From positions 1 through 43,375 of the forward strand of contig DASZGT010000107.1 in NCBI GenBank assembly GCA_035938575.1: a stretch of 43,375 nt of DNA. Direction: 5' to 3'. Origin of the DNA: Acidimicrobiales bacterium. GTDB lineage: Bacteria > Actinomycetota > Acidimicrobiia > Acidimicrobiales > RAAP-2. Below are positions 1 through 8,170 of this stretch, in pieces. The translations under genes and the position numbers were made by a program. The notes under the pieces were generated by a model. It saw only the letters and a program-made list of their open reading frames with translations, was not told the DNA's origin and made no database searches. Position 1 is the first letter of the stretch; each line of letters begins with the position of its first letter.

Positions 1-1449
1 TCCGCTTCTGGCGTGCAGCTCGGATGCCCGCTGTCGACCGAACAGGTCGGCCACGGAGGTGAGGTCGAGGGGACCGAGGCGCAGGATCTCCTCGGTCCCG
101 AGGGTGGGTCCCTCGGGACGCCGGGTGGCGACGACCAGCAAACGGGTGCTGCGCCGGACAGCGAAGCGAAGCCACTCGATCGTGGTCTCACCGGCCAGAT
201 GCACGTCCTCGACGATGACAACCGACGCACGGTCACCGGCGGCTCGCTCGATCGTCGTGAGCAAGGCGGCAAACAGGAGTGCCCGACCGGCCACCGGGTC
301 GACCACGGTGGTGGGTCCGGGTTGGGCGCTGCCCGTACTGAAACGCCCGAGCAGCGGGCCGAGGATCGGTTTGGCGTCGGCCAGGATGCCCTCCACGGCT
401 GATGGCTCGACGGTGCGCAGGTGAGCCGCCAGCCCGTCGAGAATCGGTTGGAGAGGCAGATCACGTCCCAGTTCGTCGCAGCGACCGGTGACCACCAGGG
501 TTCCTCCGGGCAGCCGGTTCGACCAGTGGGATACGAGGACGGTCTTCCCGATGCCGGCCTCGCCCTCGACCGCCGCCAACACCGATGCTCCCGCCCGGGC
601 CCGGGTCAGCAGACGGTCGAGCGCGGCCAGTTGGGGACCCCGGCCCACGAGGTCCGCCTGCAGGTCGGAGGCCATCGGGAGCAGATCCGGGTCCATGGCG
701 GCGGTGTCATCGAGGAGGATCGCCGTATGCAGCTCCTCGGTCTCGCGGCCTGGGTCGACGCCCAGATCCTCCGAGAGCTTCCCGCGGACTCGGGCGTAGG
801 CGGCGAGCGCTGACGCCGGGCGGCCCGTGGCCGCGTAGGACCGCATCAACACCCGCAAGGCGGCCTCGTCATAGGGGTCGTGGTCGAGTGCAGCTTCGGC
901 GAGCGCCGCCGCGTCTCCCCCGTCGCCTGCCGCCAGTGCCGCCTCAGCACCGATGAGCCGTGCCCGGGCGATCGTCCGGGCGGCGGCGGCACACTCGACC
1001 TGGGCCCAGATCGGGTCGGGCTCGTCAGCCAGCAGCGCGCCGCGTACCAACGCCAGCGCGGCCCGGGCCGCGGCGCGGGCGGCCACCGGATTGGCTGCAG
1101 CCATCCGGGCGGCGGCCTCGTCGACGCGAGTCTCGAGCTCAGCGACATCGAACCAATCGAGGTCCAACGCCCATCCACCGTCAAGGCGGCGCAACCGATC
1201 GGAGCCGAGGACCGAGCGGAGGCGGCTGACCAGCACCCCGACCTGCTCGGCGGGCCTGGCCGGCAGCTCGTCCTCCGGCCAGAGCGCCTCGATGACCCTG
1301 TCCGGCGGGACGGCCGAACCACGGGCGAGGGCAAGCACCTTGACCAATGTCCGCGCCTTGCGACTCCCCAGGGCCGGGCCGGGGATGCCCTCCACGTCGA
1401 GACCGCCGAGCAGGTGCAGGCGCAATAGCAACGGCCCGCTCATTCTCAT
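1..1449 (-). CDS. SARP-family (AfsR/DnrI/RedD-like) transcriptional regulator fused to a P-loop STAND/AAA ATPase; C-terminus runs off the left edge of the window
   Basis: Absent from the ORF track because no stop codon lies inside the window. Hand translation of the minus strand from ATG at 1449-1447 gives an uninterrupted 483-codon frame: MRMSGPLLLRLHLLGGLDVEG..SRKARTLVKVLAL (OmpR-type winged helix), then DPYDEAALRVLMRSYAATGRPASALAAYARVRGKLSEDLGVDPGRETEELHTAIL (BTAD-like), then Walker A VEGEAGIGKTVL (about 538-567) and Walker B-like VVIVEDVHLA. Confidence 0.8.
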   Translation of the reverse strand, partial: MRMSGPLLLRLHLLGGLDVEGIPGPALGSRKARTLVKVLALARGSAVPPDRVIEALWPEDELPARPAEQVGVLVSRLRSVLGSDRLRRLDGGWALDLDWFDVAELETRVDEAAARMAAANPVAARAAARAALALVRGALLADEPDPIWAQVECAAAARTIARARLIGAEAALAAGDGGDAAALAEAALDHDPYDEAALRVLMRSYAATGRPASALAAYARVRGKLSEDLGVDPGRETEELHTAILLDDTAAMDPDLLPMASDLQADLVGRGPQLAALDRLLTRARAGASVLAAVEGEAGIGKTVLVSHWSNRLPGGTLVVTGRCDELGRDLPLQPILDGLAAHLRTVEPSAVEGILADAKPILGPLLGRFSTGSAQPGPTTVVDPVAGRALLFAALLTTIERAAGDRASVVIVEDVHLAGETTIEWLRFAVRRSTRLLVVATRRPEGPTLGTEEILRLGPLDLTSVADLFGRQRASELHARSG

Positions 1450-1583
1450 CAGGCTACGTCCCGTACCTCGAGCATGTCCGGGCCGAGGGTCCCCGTCCAC
1501 CCTGGTGGCGGGCCGGACCGGCAATCGGCCGCGGAGGAGCCCATCGACATCGCTATGATCTGAGAACTTCACGAGAGGATCCG

Positions 1584-1976
1584 ATGAGCCACCACCGACA
1601 GCTCAAGATGCAGACCCGGGCCCTTCTCGCCGGTCTGGGTGCATGCCCCGACGAGGTGGCGGAGTCCTTGCGGGCCGCCGGTGTGACCGGAGTCCCGATG
1701 GACAATCGTCGCTGTGCCGTTGCCCTCTACCTGGGCGCCCTGATGGGAGGGGATCCCCGGGTCCGCTCGGTGAATGTCGGTCGCTGTTCGCTGTTCATCG
1801 ACACCCTGGCGCCACCAGAGTTCCGCCCCGCCGGACGGTTGCTGGTCCAACTTCCAAAACCGGTGCGCCAGTTCGTCGCCGCCTTCGACACCCAGAGCTA
1901 CCCCGAGGTCACCCGGAATCCGACTGCACGTCCCTGCCTCGATGCCGCACCCCATATGGAGGCGCGGGCGAGGTAA
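1584..1976 (+). CDS. hypothetical protein (130 aa), no family recognised
   Basis: Same frame as track ORF 1347..1976. Trimmed to ATG 1584, which follows GAGAGGA a few nt upstream. Sequence MSHHRQLKMQTRALLAGLGACPDEVAESLRAAG... has normal composition rather than the R/P/G-rich junk pattern. Divergent from the SARP gene. Confidence 0.45.
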   Translation: MSHHRQLKMQTRALLAGLGACPDEVAESLRAAGVTGVPMDNRRCAVALYLGALMGGDPRVRSVNVGRCSLFIDTLAPPEFRPAGRLLVQLPKPVRQFVAAFDTQSYPEVTRNPTARPCLDAAPHMEARAR

Positions 1977-2032
1977 CTCGGGAGCAACGTCACCCCCTTG
2001 GTACCTTGACGGTCACTCCGACGCCCGGTTCT

Positions 2033-3271
2033 TCAGGCGGCGACCGGGTTCTCCAACACCATGGCCACGCCCTGACCGGAACCGACGCAGACGCCCAGAA
2101 TGCCGTAGCGGGCCTGGCGCTGGCGCAGCTCCGTGGCGAGGGTGAGGACGTAGCGCGTGCCGGACGAGCCGAACGGGTGGCCGATGGCCACGGCGCCGCC
2201 ATTCGGATTCAGCCGTTCGTCAGGAACTTCAAAGCCGCCCAGCTGGTTGGGTAGCTCGCGCAGGACCCCCAGGGCCTGGGCCGCGAACGCCTCGTGCACC
2301 TCCCACACGTCGATGTCCTCCGGGTCCAGTTCGGCCCGCCCCAGGGCCTTCGCCATGGCAAATGCGGGGGCGATCCCCATGAGCTGGGGGTCCAGGGCAT
2401 GGGTGGCCGAGGCCACCACGCGGGCCAGAGGCTGGACACCGAGGGCCGCGGCCTCCGCCCCGCTGGCCAGGACCACGGCGCTGGCACCGTCGCTCAGCGG
2501 CGACGAGTTCCCCGCCGTCATCTGGGTCGTGTTCGGCTGGGGCGGGAGCGCCGCCAGCCGATCGGCGGTGGTGTCGCCCCGGATGATCTCGTCGTGCTCG
2601 AACATGCGGGCGGGTTCCTTGCGATTGCCGGGGACCTCCACCGGATGGATCTCCGCCGCCAGGCGTCCGGAGTCCCGGGCCGCGGCGGCGTGGAGATGGG
2701 ACCGGAGGGCGAAGGCATCGATCTCTTGGCGCGTGAGCTGGTACTTGTCGGCGACGTTCTGAGCCGTCTTGATCATCTCGACGTAGGCGTTGCGGGCCAA
2801 GAGCACCGGGTTGGGCGGGCCGCCGGCACCCGCCCACATGGTGTCGAGGAGGAAGACGGGTCCCCGGGGACTGAAGGGGGCATCCCCCTTCATCAGCGCC
2901 CACCCCGAACGGGACATCGATTCGACCCCACCGGCGAGGCCGACGCCGAGCTCGTCGGTGGCGATGCCATGGGCGATCGAGATGGCGCACGTCAACGACG
3001 AAGCGCAGAAGCGGTTGACCGTCACCGCCGGCACCGAGTCCGGGAACCCTGCCGACAGCGCCGCCCAACGGGCGATGTCCCCCATCCCCTCATGGGCTGG
3101 GTTCACGCATCCGGCGGCAATGTCCTCGATGCGTCCGAGCGGGACCCCGACGCGCTCACACGCAGCCACCATCGTCTGACCCAGCAGGTCATCGGTGCGC
3201 AGGTGCGACAGTGAGCCGCCGTAGCGCCCCACCGGCGTCCGCACTCCTCCAAGGACGTATGCATCCGTCAC
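2033..3271 (-). CDS. thiolase (acetyl-CoA C-acetyl/acyltransferase)
   Basis: 412-aa ORF with thiolase signatures: nucleophile Cys in VNRFCASSL, NPNGGAVAIGHPFGSSGTRYV, and C-terminal GVCVGSGQGVAMVLE. GTG start preceded by GAGGGAGGG. Confidence 0.92.
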   Translation of the reverse strand: MTDAYVLGGVRTPVGRYGGSLSHLRTDDLLGQTMVAACERVGVPLGRIEDIAAGCVNPAHEGMGDIARWAALSAGFPDSVPAVTVNRFCASSLTCAISIAHGIATDELGVGLAGGVESMSRSGWALMKGDAPFSPRGPVFLLDTMWAGAGGPPNPVLLARNAYVEMIKTAQNVADKYQLTRQEIDAFALRSHLHAAAARDSGRLAAEIHPVEVPGNRKEPARMFEHDEIIRGDTTADRLAALPPQPNTTQMTAGNSSPLSDGASAVVLASGAEAAALGVQPLARVVASATHALDPQLMGIAPAFAMAKALGRAELDPEDIDVWEVHEAFAAQALGVLRELPNQLGGFEVPDERLNPNGGAVAIGHPFGSSGTRYVLTLATELRQRQARYGILGVCVGSGQGVAMVLENPVAA

Positions 3272-3333
3272 GGTCGGTCCCTCCCTCTCGCACTCCGTCC
3301 GTTTGCCTCAGGACGTGCGGTGGTGGGGTTCGA

Positions 3334-3528
3334 TCAAGCGCTGAACCCCTTGGCCGCGCTCAGGCGGCCGGCCAGCCCCTCGATGGCCTCCACCAACCCT
3401 TCCGAGACGCTCCCGGCGGCCTCACGGTCATCGCCTACGGCATCGAAGGCCCGCACCAGTCGGGCCATGGCGTGGGTCAGCCCCGAAGCTGCTGCTTCGA
3501 TCTCCTCTGTCTTCGAGCTCATGGTCAT
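3334..3528 (-). CDS. small hypothetical protein (64 aa, predicted helical)
   Basis: Track ORF 3334..3618 trimmed to ATG 3528, which is preceded by GAAAGG. Sequence MTMSSKTEEIEAAASGLTHAMARLVRAFDAVGDDREAAGSVSEGLVEAIEGLAGRLSAAKGFSA. Lies 62 nt upstream of the thiolase on the same strand. No family recognised. Confidence 0.45.
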   Translation of the reverse strand: MTMSSKTEEIEAAASGLTHAMARLVRAFDAVGDDREAAGSVSEGLVEAIEGLAGRLSAAKGFSA

Positions 3529-3590
3529 CGCCTTTCTGCTGGTGGCCCAACGGTAGCGGGACCGCGCTCCTACGTGCAGGTCCTGGCCGG

Positions 3591-3616
3591 GTCGAACGGC
3601 GGCGTCGAACGGCGGC
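3591..3616. repeat. perfect tandem duplication, 2 x 13 bp (GTCGAACGGCGGC), in a divergent promoter region
   Basis: Read directly from the sequence: 3591-3603 and 3604-3616 are identical. Located 63 nt from the small-protein start (3528) and 92 nt from the ALS-like start (3708). Confidence 0.9.
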
Positions 3617-3707
3617 ATGCACCGGGCGTCGTCAGTGGTCGCCGGTTGGCTGCGAAGATCCTCGGCCCGGGCGATCGGCGCCCAGAAGTTCCTCTAGGGT
3701 CTCCCCG

Positions 3708-5369
3708 ATGGCCGAGGAGTCAGCATCCAGCGCCGAACTCATCGCCCGGTGCCTCGAGAACGAGGGTGTCACCCATGTGTTCGGGATCCCCGGCGAAGAG
3801 AACATCCACCTGGTCGAGGCGCTGTCGCGGTCGACGATCCGTTACGTGCTGGTGCGCCACGAGCAAGGCGCCTCGTTCATGGCCGAGACCTACGGGCGGC
3901 TGACCGGACGAGCCGGCGTCTGCTCGGCCACGCTCGGCCCGGGTGCCATCAACCTGCTGCTCGGCGCGGCCGACGCCACCACCAATTCCACGCCCTTGAT
4001 CGCACTGTCGGCTCAGGTGGGCATGGACAGGAGCTTCAAGGAGTCACACCAGGGCGTCGACCTCGTGTCCATGTTCGAACCCGTCACCAAATGGTCGGCT
4101 CTGATCGCCACCCCCGGTGCCGTGGCCGAGATGGTGCGCAAGGCCTTCAAGCTGGCCCAGACCGAACGGCCGGGCGCGGTCTACCTTGCGGTCCCCGAGG
4201 ACATCGAAAAGGCGGCGGCCCCGGCCGACAGCGCGCCCCTGCCGATCAACATCCCCCGCGCCGACGAGCCCTCACCGGGCCAGGTGGAGCGGGCCGCGTC
4301 GATCCTCCGAGATGCCGTCAGTCCCGTCGTGCTGGCCGGCCACGGTGCGGCGCGTGCCGATGCCGGCGAGAGCCTTCGTCGTTTCGCCGAGGCGTTGGGC
4401 ATGCCGGTGGCCACGACCTTCCATGGCAAGGGGATCTTCCCCGACGACCATCCCCAGGCCCTCGGTGCCGTTGGCTTCATGCGCCACGATTACGTCAACT
4501 TCGGATTCGACCGAGCGGACGTGATCGTCACCGTGGGCTACGAACTGCAGGAGTTCGATCCCGTCCGCATCAATCCGCTCGGCGACAAGCAGATCATCCA
4601 CATCCATCGATTCCCGGCCGAGGTCGACCGCCACTACAACGTCGCCGTCGGTCTGCAGTCCGACATCGGCCGCAGCTTGATCTCCCTTGCCGCCGCGGTG
4701 GATCGAACCTTTGGGGATCGAGGAGACGAGCAGCGGATCCGAGGGTTCCTGGCCGGAGAGCTCGAACGGGGTCGCTCCGACGACCGCTTCCCGCTCTCCC
4801 CGGCCCGGATCGTCGCCGACACCAGAACCGCCCTCGGCCGCCACGACATCGTGCTCGTGGACACCGGTGCACTCAAGATGTGGATGGCCCGTCTGTACCC
4901 GACGTATGCACCGAACACCTGCCTCATCTCCAACGGGCTCTCGACCATGGCCTGGTCCCTGCCCGGAGCCATCGGGGCCAAGATGGCCCGGCCCGAGGCC
5001 AAGGTGCTGGTCGCCACGGGCGACGGTGCCTTCCTCATGAACTCCCAGGAGATCGAGACCGCCCTGCGCGAGGGGATCGCCATGGTGATCCTGATCTGGG
5101 TGGACGACGCCTACGGACTGATCAGCTGGAAGATGGAGCTGGAGCTGGGTCACGACGTCGACACCACCTTCGGCAATCCCGACTTTGTGGCCTACGCCGA
5201 GAGCTTCGGAGCCGTCGGCTACCGCATCAACGCCGCCCACGAGCTCCTCCCCACGCTTCGCACCGCTCTCGCCGCCGACACGGTGTCGATCATCGCCTGC
5301 CCGGTGGACTACTCGCCCAATCTCGATCTGATCCGTTCGCTCGGCGAGCTCGACGAATCGATGTCCTGA
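3708..5369 (+). CDS. thiamine-diphosphate-dependent acetolactate synthase-like enzyme (large-subunit/catabolic AlsS-like)
   Basis: 553-aa ORF. N-terminus AELIARCLENEGVTHVFGIPGEENIHLVEAL is typical of the ALS/ThDP pyrimidine-binding domain. ThDP-binding motif GDGAFLMNSQEIETALREG..ILIWVDD is present. No small regulatory subunit gene is adjacent. Confidence 0.9.
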   Translation: MAEESASSAELIARCLENEGVTHVFGIPGEENIHLVEALSRSTIRYVLVRHEQGASFMAETYGRLTGRAGVCSATLGPGAINLLLGAADATTNSTPLIALSAQVGMDRSFKESHQGVDLVSMFEPVTKWSALIATPGAVAEMVRKAFKLAQTERPGAVYLAVPEDIEKAAAPADSAPLPINIPRADEPSPGQVERAASILRDAVSPVVLAGHGAARADAGESLRRFAEALGMPVATTFHGKGIFPDDHPQALGAVGFMRHDYVNFGFDRADVIVTVGYELQEFDPVRINPLGDKQIIHIHRFPAEVDRHYNVAVGLQSDIGRSLISLAAAVDRTFGDRGDEQRIRGFLAGELERGRSDDRFPLSPARIVADTRTALGRHDIVLVDTGALKMWMARLYPTYAPNTCLISNGLSTMAWSLPGAIGAKMARPEAKVLVATGDGAFLMNSQEIETALREGIAMVILIWVDDAYGLISWKMELELGHDVDTTFGNPDFVAYAESFGAVGYRINAAHELLPTLRTALAADTVSIIACPVDYSPNLDLIRSLGELDESMS

Positions 5370-5428
5370 CCGATCATCCCCGCCGGCCGTCGTCCGGGCT
5401 CCGGGTTCTGACTCGACGGCTGAAGGCT

Positions 5429-6844
5429 CTACACGCGATGAGGCGCACCGGGCGCCACCTTGGGCCACGGCAGCTCCCGCTCGGCCACCAGGGCCAGGTC
5501 CAACAGAAGCTGCTCGCGGTGGTGGCCGGCCAGAACCTGCAGGCCGACGGGAAGCCCATCGACCAGACCGGCCGGGATGCTCACGGCCGGGCTGCCGTTG
5601 AGGTTCGAGGGTGCGGTCAGCGCCGCGTTGTTCATGACGGCCCGCGAGAAACCGATCTCGTGGATGAGGTCGGCCCCGGGGATGGTCGACGGCGGTGGTC
5701 CCTCGGCGGCAAAGGCCACGTCGGGATTGCTGGAGCAGATGACGAAGTCGGCTTGGGCGAAGAGGTCCGCCATGGCCTCGTTGAGCTGACGCCGATAGGA
5801 CTCGATGGAGGCCGCCTTCTCCAGGGTGTACCGCTGCCTGGCGCCTTCGAGCCCGGCCCGCATCTCCCTTGACAGCTCGCCGGCGCGCTCGGGATAGGCA
5901 CTCCCGAGGTCGGCCACGAATCCGACCTGCCCGGCCATGGCCCACTGACCGCGCAGAGGAGGGAGGGTCGGGTCGGCCTCGACCACTCGAAGGCGGGCTG
6001 CGCCGACCAGATGATCGGCTGCCGCCGCCACGCGGTCGGCCACCTCGTCCCGCACGCGGGCCGAACCGAGGTCCGGGAGGATGGCCACGGTCATCCCCAC
6101 CAGGTCTTGGCCTCCGAGGGCGGCTTCCCAACCGCCAACCGCGGGCAGGCTCAGGGGATCGCGTTGATCGAATCCGTTGCAGGCGTCGAAGTAGCGCGCC
6201 GTGTCCCGCACGGACCGGGTCAGGCACCCGATCACTGATGTCAGCGGCTCAACGCCCGCCCATGGGCCCTTGGGGATACGGCCGTAGGTGGCCTTCAGGC
6301 CAAAGAGGCCGGTGAAGCCGGCCGGGATGCGAATCGAACCTCCCCCGTCGCTGCCGGTGGCGATCGGGAGCAGCCCGCCGGCCACGGCGGCGGCGGTTCC
6401 TCCCGACGAGCCCCCGGGCGTCTGGTCCTGATTCCAGGGGTTCCGGGTGGTGCCGTGGAGCTCGGTCGAGGTGCAGTTGATCCCCCCGAACTCGCTGGCC
6501 GTGGTCTGCGCGGCCAGCACAGCGCCGGTGCCCCGCAAGCGCACCACCGACGTCTGGTCGTAGTCGGAGATCCGGTCCCTGAAGATGACCGAGGCATCCG
6601 TCGAGGGCCACCCCTTCACCCTCTCCAGTTCCTTGACCCCGAACGGCACCCCTCCGAACGGAAGGGCCACGTCCGCCTCGGTGGCCGCTTGCCGCGCCCG
6701 TTCGAAGTCGGTATGGCTGAAGGCGTTGAGCGGCGACCTCTCGATGGCGTCGATACAGGCATCGAGCGCTTCGAGCGGAGAGATGTCCCGGGCTCGAAAC
6801 GCGTCCACCAGGCCGCAGGCATCTTCCATCCACGGTGTGTCCAT
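5429..6844 (-). CDS. amidase (amidase-signature family)
   Basis: Track ORF 5429..7054 trimmed to ATG 6844 (MDTPWMEDACGLVDAFRARDISPLE...). Amidase signature GGSSGGTAAAVAGGLLPIATGSDGGGSIRIPA is present. The 70-aa upstream extension is R/G-rich and overlaps the divergent neighbour. Confidence 0.88.
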   Translation of the reverse strand: MDTPWMEDACGLVDAFRARDISPLEALDACIDAIERSPLNAFSHTDFERARQAATEADVALPFGGVPFGVKELERVKGWPSTDASVIFRDRISDYDQTSVVRLRGTGAVLAAQTTASEFGGINCTSTELHGTTRNPWNQDQTPGGSSGGTAAAVAGGLLPIATGSDGGGSIRIPAGFTGLFGLKATYGRIPKGPWAGVEPLTSVIGCLTRSVRDTARYFDACNGFDQRDPLSLPAVGGWEAALGGQDLVGMTVAILPDLGSARVRDEVADRVAAAADHLVGAARLRVVEADPTLPPLRGQWAMAGQVGFVADLGSAYPERAGELSREMRAGLEGARQRYTLEKAASIESYRRQLNEAMADLFAQADFVICSSNPDVAFAAEGPPPSTIPGADLIHEIGFSRAVMNNAALTAPSNLNGSPAVSIPAGLVDGLPVGLQVLAGHHREQLLLDLALVAERELPWPKVAPGAPHRV

Positions 6845-6923
6845 CGAGGCCGACGGTACTCGGTGGGACCGGGCCGCGCCCCGACGGGTGAACCGGCAAC
6901 CGCCCCGGTCGTACGCTGCTCCC

Positions 6924-7916
6924 GTGAAGACGGGACAGCTGACCACTCCGGCCCTGGTCGTCCAGCGGGACCTCCTCGAAGCCAATCTGACCACGATGTC
7001 CGACGCCCTGCCGGGACGCCGCCTGCGTCCCCACGTCAAGGCCCACAAGTGCACGTCCCTGGCAGCCCGCCAGGCCGAACTGGGTCACTCAGCGTTCACG
7101 TGCTCGACCATGGCCGAGATGGAGGGAATGGCCCGGGTCGGCCTGGGCGACGACCTCCTCCTGGCCAACGAGGTGGTGGATGCCACCCGCCTTGGCGCGC
7201 TGGTCCGGGCCGGGGCACGGGTGACGGTGGCCGTCGACTCCGTGGAGACCATCGACGCGGCGGCGGCGGCAGGGGTTCCCGAGGTGTTGATCGACGTCAA
7301 CGTGGGGCTGCCCCGCTGCGGCTGCCCACCGGAGGACGCCGGGCGCCTGGCCGATCACGCACGCCTCCGGGGCCTGGAGGTACGCGGCGTGATGGGCTAC
7401 GAGGGCCACATCGTCGGGCTGGAAGAGCGGGCCACACGCAAGGAGATGCTGGAGGCGTCCATGGTATTGCTGGTGGCCGCCCACCAGCGGGCCGGCGGCG
7501 AGGTCGTCTCCGCCGGCGGGACCGGCACCTATGACATCAACTTCTGGGCCACGGAGATCCAGGCCGGCTCCTACGCCCTCATGGACACCGCCTACGGCAA
7601 ACTCGGTCTCCCCTTCGCCCAGGCGCTCTCGGTGCTGGCCACGGTCATCTCCGTGTCGCGCCAGTGGGCCGTGGCCGACTGCGGACTCAAGGCCCTGGGC
7701 ATGGACCACGGGAATCCGTCGATCGAGGCCGCCGAGGTCCTGTTCTGCTCCGACGAACACCTGACGTTCGTCCCCGAGCATCCGGTCCGGGTCGGTGACC
7801 TCGTCAACGTATTCCCGGCGCACGTTGATCCGACCGTCGCCTACCACCGGCACCTCCACCTGCTCGACGGCGACGAAGTGGTGGAGCGATGGCCGGTGGA
7901 CCTGCGCGGCTGGTGA
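6924..7916 (+). CDS. PLP-dependent DSD1-family enzyme (D-serine dehydratase / D-threonine aldolase-like, alanine-racemase N-terminal fold)
   Basis: Frame of track ORF 6585..7916. TTPALVVQRDLLEANL.. followed by the PLP-lysine motif RPHVKAHKC. C-terminal part (SDEHLTF.., FPAHVDPTV) fits the D-serine-dehydratase-like C-domain. Start is uncertain: GTG 6924 chosen, in-frame GTG 6888 also possible. Confidence 0.8.
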   Translation: MKTGQLTTPALVVQRDLLEANLTTMSDALPGRRLRPHVKAHKCTSLAARQAELGHSAFTCSTMAEMEGMARVGLGDDLLLANEVVDATRLGALVRAGARVTVAVDSVETIDAAAAAGVPEVLIDVNVGLPRCGCPPEDAGRLADHARLRGLEVRGVMGYEGHIVGLEERATRKEMLEASMVLLVAAHQRAGGEVVSAGGTGTYDINFWATEIQAGSYALMDTAYGKLGLPFAQALSVLATVISVSRQWAVADCGLKALGMDHGNPSIEAAEVLFCSDEHLTFVPEHPVRVGDLVNVFPAHVDPTVAYHRHLHLLDGDEVVERWPVDLRGW

Positions 7917-8170
7917 TCGGGCGCCCTCGTAGCGCCAAAGAATCCGGCGGCGGCCTCCACGGGCGCCGGAACGGATGCCGGATCCGACCGGGTACGATCA
8001 CCGCGGGTGCCGGAGATGGCCGACCTTGGCATCGGCGCCGATGAGTTCGCAGCGCCCAGCCCGTCCATACCCCATCCGGCTTTCCCAGAGGTCCCGGGCA
8101 CGTGCGGCCCGAATCAGGAGCCGTCCAACCTATTCCGCAAGACGAGAAACGCGTCCCGAAGGAGCAGACG

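Noticed and set aside
3749-6227. Very long alternative-frame and antisense ORFs (for example 3749..5872 +, 707 aa; 4272..6227 -, 651 aa) overlapping the ALS-like and amidase genes
   Set aside because: Their translations are dominated by R/P/G/A with no motifs, which is the typical shadow-ORF artefact of high-GC DNA. The overlapping frames that I annotated carry clear family signatures.
6845-7054. N-terminal extensions proposed by the longest-ORF track (amidase to 7054; also P450 to 22628, GH5 to 23940, TetR to 34306, DUF427 to 42680)
   Set aside because: The extensions are R/P-rich, lack an RBS, overlap neighbouring genes or promoters, and precede internal starts that have good RBS sequences and family-typical N-termini.
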